From an uncultured Alphaproteobacteria bacterium (GTDB lineage: Bacteria > Pseudomonadota > Alphaproteobacteria > Rs-D84): 34,085 nt of DNA. A model generated the notes under the pieces. It did not search any database, was not told the origin of the DNA, and was given only the letters and a program-made list of their open reading frames with translations. Of this stretch, positions 7,367 to 15,263 are shown one piece after another. Positions within the stretch are counted from its first letter, which is position 1; the number at the start of each line of letters is the position of its first letter. The stretch spans positions 1 to 34,085 of the forward strand of contig CALXNF010000010.1 in NCBI GenBank assembly GCA_944389685.1, written 5' to 3'. Made by a program: the position numbers and the translations under genes.

Positions 7367-9412
7367 ATGGAAAAGCTAAGTTTGAATTTTAAAGATTATG
7401 ATATAGGTGGAACCCTTCTGCGGGCGTATTATGACGCTAGTGATAACTTAATATTCGTCATAGATAATACAATTGATGATAGAAAACTTAATGTTTTGTT
7501 AGTAATTAATCCTGTCGGTGATAGAAAATGGGACGATATTTTAGAAAATGACTACGGAATAGATTTAGAAACAGTTAGACCGAAAAAAAACAATAAATAT
7601 CAGAAGCTTGATATTGAATATAGCGGGTTGGAAGAATATGAAGCTTTGATAAACGCATATGTGTCTGGTAAAAACATTCAGACGGAATTAGATGCTTTGT
7701 TGGATTTCAGAGAACGTTCTGTAGTTAATTCTGCACAAGAGCGTTTAACCGTTGCAGAAGCTAATGCTGAAAAAGCCCGAGAAACCATTTTAAAAACGAA
7801 AGAAAGTATTGAAGATTTACAGCTTAGATTAAAGCAGTTACGCACAAAGTTGTCGCAACAAAAGAAACAGGTCGGACGGGAACCGACAAAAAAATCGGCA
7901 TCAAAGATATTGCGCACAGACGCACAAATTGATGCCATAAACGAAAAATTAAGTCGTGCGAAGAAACGTCTGACGAATGCACAGCGGCGCTTAGTCGTTG
8001 CCGATGAGGATGCAGAGTTAGCTAGGGAAGTATTATCAAAACCTTCTTCCTTTACTGGCAGGCGCGATCTTGCTGCGTTACGGCAGACGGCGGTTGCCCC
8101 GAGACAAGCAAGTGAAATTATTGCGTTTAAAGACGAAAACGACGAAAAGACGTTACCTGAAGACTTTGACGAGTCAGTTGAGCTAACAGAAAATATAGAT
8201 TTTCAAAACGAAGAAAAAAAGGCGGAAATAATGGCTGATGAAGAAAAAAAAGAAGAAGTGAAACCTTTGTTTGATCAGGATCCAGAAATACTAGATGAGG
8301 AAATTGCGTTTAAACCGATAGAATTTGGTGTTTCTAGTCCGGATAGTTCAAACCCTGTTTCAGAAAAACCGGAAATTTATGAAAATATAGTAGAAGATAA
8401 ACCGCTTGCTTTTACGCCGCCTGAAGATAATGCCGCATCTTCTAAGCCTATAAACGTTACACCGGTAACTAATCAAAGCGAAGAGGCGGATATGCAAAGA
8501 GTAACGCCGCCAGTTTTGGATACAATAAAGTCAGTAGAAGAACCAGAGATAAGTACAAACAAAAGCGTGCCGCCTGTTCAGCAAGCTGCATCCCAGCCTT
8601 CTGCTGCACGTCCTGTGCCACCGGCTGCGACGTTATCAAATGCAACTGCGCGCCCTGTTTCTCCAATCACTGGAAATGTTTTGCCAACAAACCCGGCTCC
8701 TCGTAAGCCAACGCTGATATATTATATAATGTTAGTATTGCTGATAGGTTTGTCTATTTTCACGTTGTGGTTATACCAAAAGAATACTAATGAAAAAGTA
8801 CCAGATTTGACCGCGACTATACAGACTACAGAAAGTGTTGCTTCTCAACAAGATGAGGGCTTAGATGTTAGTGCGGATAGTCCGTTTTTGCCAGAGATAA
8901 AAGTAGAGGAACCTGCCCCTGCTCCTGAGGTTCAAATAGTTGTGGAAGCGCCTGTGGTTACCCCAGAGCCTGTTATAACTCCTGAACCTGTTGTTGAACC
9001 AGAAGTACTAGAAAGTACTTTACCAGAAGTTATGGAACAGATTCCATCAAATGAACCAGAAGCTGCGGTCCCAGTTGCGGACGTTACGGTTGAAACTGTT
9101 GTTAGTTATCCTGCACCTGTTGTCGAAGAAGAGCCGATAGTCCCAGTACAAACAGAAGATGAAATTTTAACAAGTAAACCGTCTTATAACGTTTCTCAGA
9201 ACGAGAATATGTTTGTCGCCGCACCAGAGTACGATACAGAGGTAATTAATAACACAAATTCAGCAAATTATGAGGATTTGCCGACCTGTCCTGATGGTAC
9301 TGCGCCAGATGTAAATGGTTGTTGTACTGGTGAAGTTTTGACGGATATGGGGGATATGGGCTTTAACTGTTGCCCACAGGCGGGGGGTGATTGTTTCCCA
9401 CCATTGTTTTAA
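7367..9412 (+). CDS. Hypothetical bitopic membrane protein (681 aa): cytoplasmic coiled-coil, acidic/Pro-rich regions, Cys-rich C-terminal tail
   Basis: SD GAGAGGGA. Coiled-coil-like stretch at aa ~110-225. Single TM segment LIYYIMLVLLIGLSIFTLWLY (nt 8711-8776). A P/E/V-rich repeat-like region (VVTPEPVITPEPVVEPEV). Terminal CPDGTAPDVNGCCTGE...FNCCPQAGGDCFPPLF. Confidence 0.7.
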   Translation: MEKLSLNFKDYDIGGTLLRAYYDASDNLIFVIDNTIDDRKLNVLLVINPVGDRKWDDILENDYGIDLETVRPKKNNKYQKLDIEYSGLEEYEALINAYVSGKNIQTELDALLDFRERSVVNSAQERLTVAEANAEKARETILKTKESIEDLQLRLKQLRTKLSQQKKQVGREPTKKSASKILRTDAQIDAINEKLSRAKKRLTNAQRRLVVADEDAELAREVLSKPSSFTGRRDLAALRQTAVAPRQASEIIAFKDENDEKTLPEDFDESVELTENIDFQNEEKKAEIMADEEKKEEVKPLFDQDPEILDEEIAFKPIEFGVSSPDSSNPVSEKPEIYENIVEDKPLAFTPPEDNAASSKPINVTPVTNQSEEADMQRVTPPVLDTIKSVEEPEISTNKSVPPVQQAASQPSAARPVPPAATLSNATARPVSPITGNVLPTNPAPRKPTLIYYIMLVLLIGLSIFTLWLYQKNTNEKVPDLTATIQTTESVASQQDEGLDVSADSPFLPEIKVEEPAPAPEVQIVVEAPVVTPEPVITPEPVVEPEVLESTLPEVMEQIPSNEPEAAVPVADVTVETVVSYPAPVVEEEPIVPVQTEDEILTSKPSYNVSQNENMFVAAPEYDTEVINNTNSANYEDLPTCPDGTAPDVNGCCTGEVLTDMGDMGFNCCPQAGGDCFPPLF

Positions 9413-9452
9413 AAAGCCCCCACTTGAAAAAGCGAGGCCTTAATGTGTTATA

Positions 9453-9484
9453 AAAATACCGCCATAATTTTGGCGGTGTTTTTA
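9453..9484. terminator. Bidirectional intrinsic terminator
   Basis: Stem AAATACCGCC / GGCGGTGTTT around an 8-nt loop, flanked by an A-run and a T-run. It lies between the convergent 681-aa gene and acpS and overlaps the acpS stop. Confidence 0.7.
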
Positions 9485-9859
9485 TAATTTTTCTATTACT
9501 ACCATTGCTGCGGAATAATCGTCTTGGTCTGTAATAGATAAATGAATAGAAGCTTGACCATTAGTTAATTCTTTTAAAGCAAGCTTTGCACCGCCAGTTA
9601 ATAACAAATCTGGTCGTCCTGCATCGTCATGCGTGACAGAAACATCAGAAAAACCGATTTCATCACCAAAACCGGTACCCAAGGCTTTTAGACATGCTTC
9701 CCTCGCAGCCCAGAAATTAGCAAGGTGTTTTTCTGCGTTTGCATTGTCTGCTTCTGCATATTCAAGTTCTTTTTTTGTAAATATACGTTGTTTTTTGAAT
9801 GCAGACCAATCAAGAAATCTATCGCATTCAACTAAATCAATTCCAATACCTACTATCAC
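9482..9859 (-). CDS. acpS: Holo-[acyl-carrier-protein] synthase
   Basis: IVGIGIDLVECDRF..., FWAAREACLKALGTG..., 125 aa. GTG start at 9859 with SD GGGAG. The tracked ORF 9482..10021 over-extends across the tRNA gene. Confidence 0.85.
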   Translation of the reverse strand: MIVGIGIDLVECDRFLDWSAFKKQRIFTKKELEYAEADNANAEKHLANFWAAREACLKALGTGFGDEIGFSDVSVTHDDAGRPDLLLTGGAKLALKELTNGQASIHLSITDQDDYSAAMVVIEKL

Positions 9860-9977
9860 GGATAACTCCCTAGTTATTTTTATTGATATGCGAATACTAG
9901 TAATATTTTTGCGATTCGTGCAAGCATAAAATATATTCTTGCTTTTAATTGGTATGAATTGTATAAATATTGCTACG

Positions 9978-10055
9978 TCGGGGTGTAGCTCAGCCTGGTA
10001 GAGTACTTGCATGGGGTGCAAGGGGTCGCAGGTTCGATTCCTGTCACCCCGACCA
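9978..10055 (+). tRNA. tRNA-Pro (anticodon GGG), CCA encoded
   Basis: Acceptor stem CGGGGTG/CACCCCG, D-arm GCTCAGCCTGGTAGAG, anticodon loop ATGGGGT, T-arm GCAGGTTCGATTCCTGT, discriminator A plus CCA. Folded by eye; one C-A mismatch at the top of the anticodon stem. Confidence 0.85.
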
Positions 10056-10067
10056 GAAACAAGGAAC

Positions 10068-10090
10068 GCCGTGGTTATCCACGGCTTTAT
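10068..10090 (+). terminator. Intrinsic terminator after tRNA-Pro
   Basis: GCCGTGG-TTAT-CCACGGC followed by TTTAT. Confidence 0.6.
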
Positions 10091-10302
10091 AATAAATTAA
10101 AATTAATATATTGTTAATTTGCTTTATTATACATTGTCCATATTATTATCCATATACATAATAGTAAAACTAATGCGAATAGTATATATCTTGCAATTTT
10201 AAAAGACGTTGTTTGAAATGCCATTGCTAGTTCTTTGCTCCTTTAGAATAATTTTAGCAAAAAAATTTTGTACCTCATATCCGTTTTTATTCCTGTATTT
10301 GT

Positions 10303-10331
10303 TTGATTTTTTGATAATTGTATTCTACAAT
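10303..10331 (+). promoter_or_regulatory. Possible sigma70-type promoter for corA
   Basis: TTGATT, 17 nt, TACAAT, about 30 nt upstream of ATG 10361 (SD GGAAAGAGG). Confidence 0.35.
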
Positions 10332-10360
10332 TTTAAGCATAGAACGGAAAGAGGCGTATT

Positions 10361-11245
10361 ATGTTTGTAACCGAAAAATTAAAGACGTTTTCTTGGGTAA
10401 ATATTGGGAATCCAGATCACGATGATTTCGAGCGCTTGCAAACAGAATATAAAATTGATGAGGATACTATCTTTGACATTTTAGATCCGGATGAGCAACC
10501 GCGATTTGAAATAGAAGATGACTATAAAGTAATAATCGTTCGCTTTCCGATAATTAATCGTGAAGCCGATACTCTTTGGCATACAGAACCGTTGTCTATA
10601 ATTTATTCTTCAAACCGTATTATAACTGTTTGTCGTAAACGGTGCGATTTATTAGACAGAATAAAAAAAGATGAAAAAACATCTCGTGAAGAGTTTGTTT
10701 TAAACATAATATATTATATTGCTGAATCATATTTGCGGTCGTTGAAAGAATTGAATAAACGTGTGTTGGCGTCTAAAAAAGTTTTGCAGGAACGTGTACG
10801 TAAAAAAGAGTTAATGTCTTTGTTAGAGGTAGAAAACAGTTACACTCTTTATATGGCCGGTTTAAAGGGGAATGCGGCCGTGTTAGATAAACTAGAAAAA
10901 GTACGCGGTTTCGTAAAAAGTGAAGAGACTAAAGAACTGGCAGAAGATGCAAGAATTGAATTATCCCAAGGAATAGAGGTAGTAACCTCGTATAGTAAAA
11001 TGTTAAAATCCATAAAAGAAACGTTTGAAAGTGTTATTAATATGGACTCTAACACGTATATTAATCGTTTAACGATGTGGAATATTATTTTAGTGGTACC
11101 TACGGTAATAGTTGGGTATTACGGAATGAATGTAGATTTGCCTTTTGCGGATAATTCGCAAATAGCAACTGCCATATTTATTTTGATAATGATATTGTTA
11201 ATAGGTTTTGCTTTGTTCAGTTTAATAAGGCGACGTGTAATATAA
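10361..11245 (+). CDS. corA: CorA-family Mg2+/Co2+ transporter
   Basis: C-terminal signature YGMNV between two terminal TM helices, with a soluble N-terminal domain of typical length. Confidence 0.85.
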   Translation: MFVTEKLKTFSWVNIGNPDHDDFERLQTEYKIDEDTIFDILDPDEQPRFEIEDDYKVIIVRFPIINREADTLWHTEPLSIIYSSNRIITVCRKRCDLLDRIKKDEKTSREEFVLNIIYYIAESYLRSLKELNKRVLASKKVLQERVRKKELMSLLEVENSYTLYMAGLKGNAAVLDKLEKVRGFVKSEETKELAEDARIELSQGIEVVTSYSKMLKSIKETFESVINMDSNTYINRLTMWNIILVVPTVIVGYYGMNVDLPFADNSQIATAIFILIMILLIGFALFSLIRRRVI

Positions 11246-11267
11246 AAAACGCCATGCGGCGTTTTTT
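11246..11267. terminator. Bidirectional intrinsic terminator (corA / adk convergent)
   Basis: AAAACGCC-ATGC-GGCGTTTT with flanking A- and T-runs. Confidence 0.75.
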
Positions 11268-11823
11268 ATTTTTCTTCAAGTGCATTTAATATTTTATTGA
11301 AATTTTCGTTTAATTCACCGCTGACGTCAATGTCAGAAAATTTTATATCAGGAACTTCGCGCAGCCAATTAATTGCTGGCATAGTAGTGTTCCAGAAAAT
11401 ATCTAAGCGTCTACGTATTGCGGCGACGTCGGCGTCGTCTGCACGACCTGCTCCTTCGTTTATACGTTTCTGTATGCGTTTAATCATAACTTCTTCTGGA
11501 ACGTTTAGATAGATGACGTGTACATTGAATTTTTTTGAGTAATTATTTATCAGCCACTTGGCCTGTTCTAAGGTGCGCGGGAACCCGTCTAGTAATAAGT
11601 CTTGATCAGGGGTTATGTTTGCGGCAACCAGTTCGGTTAGCATTTCAAATGGCAGTAATTCACCACGAGCCATTATATCAGCAATATTCTTATTAGAATT
11701 TGCGGCCTCGCGCAACATTTTACCAGTTTCAATATGTTTATAAGAATGGCGTTCCTGCAGTAGGTTGGCAAACGTGCCTTTGCCTACGCCTTGACCGCCC
11801 ATAAGTAATATCATCTTTTTCAT
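11266..11823 (-). CDS. adk: Adenylate kinase (short form, no zinc lid)
   Basis: P-loop GGQGVGKGT, LLDGFPRTLEQAKWL, and the LID-region arginines GRADD. 185 aa. Confidence 0.85.
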   Translation of the reverse strand: MKKMILLMGGQGVGKGTFANLLQERHSYKHIETGKMLREAANSNKNIADIMARGELLPFEMLTELVAANITPDQDLLLDGFPRTLEQAKWLINNYSKKFNVHVIYLNVPEEVMIKRIQKRINEGAGRADDADVAAIRRRLDIFWNTTMPAINWLREVPDIKFSDIDVSGELNENFNKILNALEEK

Positions 11824-11842
11824 AGTGCCTTAATTTTAACAT

Positions 11843-11878
11843 AAAAAAAAGAATCCGACAAGAGCCGGATTCTTTTTT
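11843..11878 (-). terminator. Intrinsic terminator downstream of rpsA
   Basis: GAATCCG-8 nt loop-CGGATTC, extended by A/T pairs. A T-run follows on the minus strand. Confidence 0.7.
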
Positions 11879-11896
11879 AGATAAAATAATTTTATC

Positions 11897-13585
11897 TTAT
11901 TTTTTGCTGTTTTCAATCGCAGCACCAAGAATATCGCCTAATACGGAACCACTATCGGCTTGATTAGCATATTCTTTTACAGCCTGTTTTTCCAACGTTA
12001 CTTGTAACGCACGGATAGACAGTTTTACAACATTGTTATCAACTGAAACAACGGATGCTTCAACTGTGTCGCCAATGTTGAACTTGCTTGTATCCTGTTC
12101 AGATTTTTCACGTGACAAGTCTGTACGACGGATAACACCCTTGATGTCGTTTGGCAAAGCCAAAATCAATTCATCTGGGGTTATTTCGGATACAGTTCCA
12201 GAAACAACGGCACCCTTTTTCAAAGATACGCTATTGTTATCTGCGCCTTCTGTCAACTGTTTAATACCCAAAGTAATACGTTCTTTTTCTGGGTTGATGT
12301 CCAGAATTTTTGCTGTGACTTCTTGACCGCGAACGAATTTTTTCAGTTCTTCTTCGTCCAATTTATTCCAAGATAGATCGGAAATGTGAACCATACCGTC
12401 TAAATCTGGCGTCAAAGCAACGAACAGACCGAATTCAGTTGTGTTTTTGATTGGGCCTGTAACAACATCGCCAACTTTGTGTTCTTCAGCAAATTGTTTC
12501 CAAGGATTTGGTTGCAATTGTTTGTACCCCAAAGAGATACGGCGTTTGTCTTGGTCTATCCCTAAAACAACAACGTTTATTTCTTGACCAACCTGCAGAA
12601 CTTTGCTTGGGTGAATGTTTTTGTTTGTCCAAGACAATTCAGACATATGAACCAAGCCTTCAATATTGTTGCCCAAGTCAATGAATGCACCATAGTCCGT
12701 CAAAGAAGATACTTTTCCTGTGACTGTATCACCAACGTTAAATGCGCGCGATGCATTTTCCCAAGGATCTTCTTCCAACTGTTTTGCACCCAAAGAAATA
12801 CGATGAGATTCTGGGTCAAATTGGATAACTTTGACTTTGATGTTCTGGCCAACATGAACTAATTCACGTGGATGATTTACACGCTTCCAAGACAAGTCTG
12901 TTACGTGCAGCAAACCGTCAATGCCACCCAAATCAACGAATACACCGTAATCTGTAATGTTCTTTACAGTACCTTCGATAACTGCACCTAAAGAAATGTT
13001 TTTCATTGCTTCTTTCTGCGCAGCAGCGATAGTGTCTGCTTGGATAGCACGACGAGAAACGATTGCGTTAGTACGCAATGCGTCCATTTTCAATACACGG
13101 AATTTGTCTTTCAAACCAATCAAAGATTTTGCATCACGAATTGGTTTGTGATCAACCTGAGAAGATGGCATAAATGCAAATACGCCGTTGATATCGACAG
13201 TATAACCGCCGCGAACAACGTCGATAATTGTACCTTCTGGGTCAATTCCTTCTGCAACTGTTTTTTCCAGTTCTTTCCATGCTTTTTCTGCGCGAGCCTT
13301 TGTATAAGACAAGACAGCTGTACCTTCACGGGATTCATAACGTTCTACGAATACGTCAATGATATCGCCGACAGATGGAACAGATGCGCCAAATTCTTTC
13401 AAAGGAATGCGACCTTCTGATTTAAGGCCAACGTCAACCATCACGAAATCACCGCGAATGTCTTTGACTGTGCCTTTTGTAGCGTACCCTTGCAAGGTTT
13501 CTTGAGAACCATAGTTTTGATTGAACATCTGGACGAAATCTTCGCCAGATACAGGATTAAATAAATCTTTGGATAAATCTTTCAT
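11897..13585 (-). CDS. rpsA: 30S ribosomal protein S1
   Basis: 562 aa with six repeated S1/OB motifs (G.V..I..FG.FVD.G..GL.H.S). Confidence 0.95.
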   Translation of the reverse strand: MKDLSKDLFNPVSGEDFVQMFNQNYGSQETLQGYATKGTVKDIRGDFVMVDVGLKSEGRIPLKEFGASVPSVGDIIDVFVERYESREGTAVLSYTKARAEKAWKELEKTVAEGIDPEGTIIDVVRGGYTVDINGVFAFMPSSQVDHKPIRDAKSLIGLKDKFRVLKMDALRTNAIVSRRAIQADTIAAAQKEAMKNISLGAVIEGTVKNITDYGVFVDLGGIDGLLHVTDLSWKRVNHPRELVHVGQNIKVKVIQFDPESHRISLGAKQLEEDPWENASRAFNVGDTVTGKVSSLTDYGAFIDLGNNIEGLVHMSELSWTNKNIHPSKVLQVGQEINVVVLGIDQDKRRISLGYKQLQPNPWKQFAEEHKVGDVVTGPIKNTTEFGLFVALTPDLDGMVHISDLSWNKLDEEELKKFVRGQEVTAKILDINPEKERITLGIKQLTEGADNNSVSLKKGAVVSGTVSEITPDELILALPNDIKGVIRRTDLSREKSEQDTSKFNIGDTVEASVVSVDNNVVKLSIRALQVTLEKQAVKEYANQADSGSVLGDILGAAIENSKK

Positions 13586-13689
13586 ATAGAAATTTCATAC
13601 AAAGCTTGCCGTCGTCTTTTATCTTGAATAAAACGAGGTCTTGTGGGGTTAGTCGGATTGATAATGCGCCCACCCGCAAAATCAGACGG

Positions 13690-13718
13690 ATTATACGTTA
13701 AAAAAATTGAAAAAGCAA
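13690..13718 (-). promoter_or_regulatory. Probable rpsA promoter
   Basis: On the minus strand: TTGCTT, 17 nt, TATAAT. It lies about 105 nt upstream of the rpsA ATG. Confidence 0.5.
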
Positions 13719-13759
13719 GATTTTATAAAAATTTTATAGTTTTTTTACAAAAGGATACT

Positions 13760-13787
13760 TGACAAATTTATTTTTGTGTCTATAATT
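13760..13787 (+). promoter_or_regulatory. Consensus sigma70-type promoter for the 138-aa membrane protein gene
   Basis: TTGACA, 16 nt, TATAAT, ending 27 nt upstream of ATG 13815 (SD AAGAGG). Confidence 0.55.
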
Positions 13788-13814
13788 AATTCTGTTAAAA
13801 GGTAAGAGGTAAAA

Positions 13815-14231
13815 ATGTATTCTATTAAAGATTCTTATGAAATTTTAAAAACCGGTGCTTTCAGTGGGCTAGTTTCTGCTCTTAGTGTGGCAATGATTAT
13901 ACCTGTTTTGGGTTTTGCGGGGCATATGGTGAAGTATGCAGGAGATTGTCATTTGGATAATTATTCTTTAAAAAACCGTTTTGAAACGGCTTACAGTTTT
14001 AAAACCCCAGAAAGCCATAAATATTATTATGAAACTCCTATTATAAATGGTTATGAAGCATCAACAAGCAAAGAACCTTATTGGGCGTCTCCTTATGCCA
14101 CATACGGTTTAATTGCATTGGCTGGTTTAGGTGGTGCATTAGCTGGTGGTAAGATACGTGCGGAAGTTATAAAAAACGAGAACGAAAAAAGAAAAATTAT
14201 GGCGATGCGCCAAAAAACGTTTTCAAAGTAA
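13815..14231 (+). CDS. Hypothetical membrane protein (138 aa, two hydrophobic segments)
   Basis: Consensus promoter and SD upstream. Hydrophobic segments FSGLVSALSVAMIIPVLGFAG and YGLIALAGLGGALAGG, with a basic C-terminus. No family recognised. Confidence 0.6.
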   Translation: MYSIKDSYEILKTGAFSGLVSALSVAMIIPVLGFAGHMVKYAGDCHLDNYSLKNRFETAYSFKTPESHKYYYETPIINGYEASTSKEPYWASPYATYGLIALAGLGGALAGGKIRAEVIKNENEKRKIMAMRQKTFSK

Positions 14232-14234
14232 GAC

Positions 14235-14262
14235 AAAAAAGACCCTTTGGGGTCTTTTTTTT
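14235..14262. terminator. Bidirectional intrinsic terminator
   Basis: AAAAAAGACCC-TTTG-GGGTCTTTTTTTT, between convergent stops at 14231 (+) and 14268 (-). Confidence 0.8.
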
Positions 14263-14267
14263 ATTTG

Positions 14268-15221
14268 TTATCTTGCGACAGCGCCATATAAACGTTCGTG
14301 GCATTTGTAATTTTTCAAGATAAAGCCGTCCTTGGCAGACCAGTTTAACATGCCGTGCCAATTATCATCCGGGATTTCGACGGTTGGAAGGTTATAAGGC
14401 GTTCTTTTTAACTGTTCTTTTACTTGGTTTATGTGGTTTGTGTAAATATGAATGTCGTGAAATTCACCCTTTAAGATTCCTGGTTTAAATCCCGTTTCTT
14501 TTGCATAAAGTAATAAAAGCAGTGCATAACTAGCAATGTTATACGGAATTCCTAAAAATGCGTCACAAGATCGTTGTGTCCATATTAGTGAAATTTTCCC
14601 GTCACGTACAATTAACTGATGCATTACATGGCATGGGGGCAAAGACATTTGGTACATGTCAACAGGGTTCCAGGCGCTTACTAAAATTCTACGGTTGTTT
14701 GGGTCTGTTTTGATAGTGTTTATTGCGTTTTTTATTTGGTCTATACCAGGCTTGTCTGGGTTAAAGTTATCTTCTGGTTTTTTATTTATTTTCTGCTCGT
14801 TCCACTGGTATTCACCCCCAAAATGACGCCATTGAAAACCGTATATTGGTCCCAAGTCACGTTCTGAATCCATAAGTTCAAGTTTTATTGATTGCTTTTC
14901 TTTTTCTGAAAGGTTTAAACCAGAAGTTGCAAGATTATATTTTTGTTCTATTTTTATTGGATTTCCCCATTCGTCCCATATATGACAATTCCTTTCTTGT
15001 AGCCAACGTTTGTCTGTAATTCCACGTAAAAAGAATTCTAATTCAGTTGCGATGTTTTTTAACCCCATTTTTTTTGTTGTAAGTAAAGGGAAGCCTTGAT
15101 CCATATTATGTTCAAATACCGCTCCTGCTGCTAAACCTATATCTGGAATTCCAGTTCTATTGTCGCGGGTTGTAGTATTGCTATTAAGGATATCGTCTAA
15201 TATGTTTAAGTATGCTTGCAT
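14268..15221 (-). CDS. thyA: Thymidylate synthase (ThyA, long form)
   Basis: DLGPIYGFQWRHFG, catalytic LPPCH, and QRSCDAFLGIPYNIASYALL. 317 aa. Confidence 0.92.
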   Translation of the reverse strand: MQAYLNILDDILNSNTTTRDNRTGIPDIGLAAGAVFEHNMDQGFPLLTTKKMGLKNIATELEFFLRGITDKRWLQERNCHIWDEWGNPIKIEQKYNLATSGLNLSEKEKQSIKLELMDSERDLGPIYGFQWRHFGGEYQWNEQKINKKPEDNFNPDKPGIDQIKNAINTIKTDPNNRRILVSAWNPVDMYQMSLPPCHVMHQLIVRDGKISLIWTQRSCDAFLGIPYNIASYALLLLLYAKETGFKPGILKGEFHDIHIYTNHINQVKEQLKRTPYNLPTVEIPDDNWHGMLNWSAKDGFILKNYKCHERLYGAVAR

Positions 15222-15263
15222 TTTATCCCCCTAAAAAAAAACACACGTTTTTGTTTTTGATAT

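Noticed and set aside
9860-10021. The tracked ORF 9482..10021 (-) gives AcpS a 54-aa N-terminal extension.
   Set aside because: The extension runs antisense through the tRNA-Pro gene (9978-10055) and has no AcpS-like sequence. GTG 9859 with a GGGAG SD gives a normal 125-aa AcpS.
10056-10360. tRNA-Pro considered as a genomic-island integration site, and the corA leader considered as a Mg2+ (M-box) riboswitch.
   Set aside because: There is no integrase, no repeat of the tRNA 3' end, and only housekeeping genes downstream. The spacer is AT-rich, without the GC-rich helices expected of an M-box.
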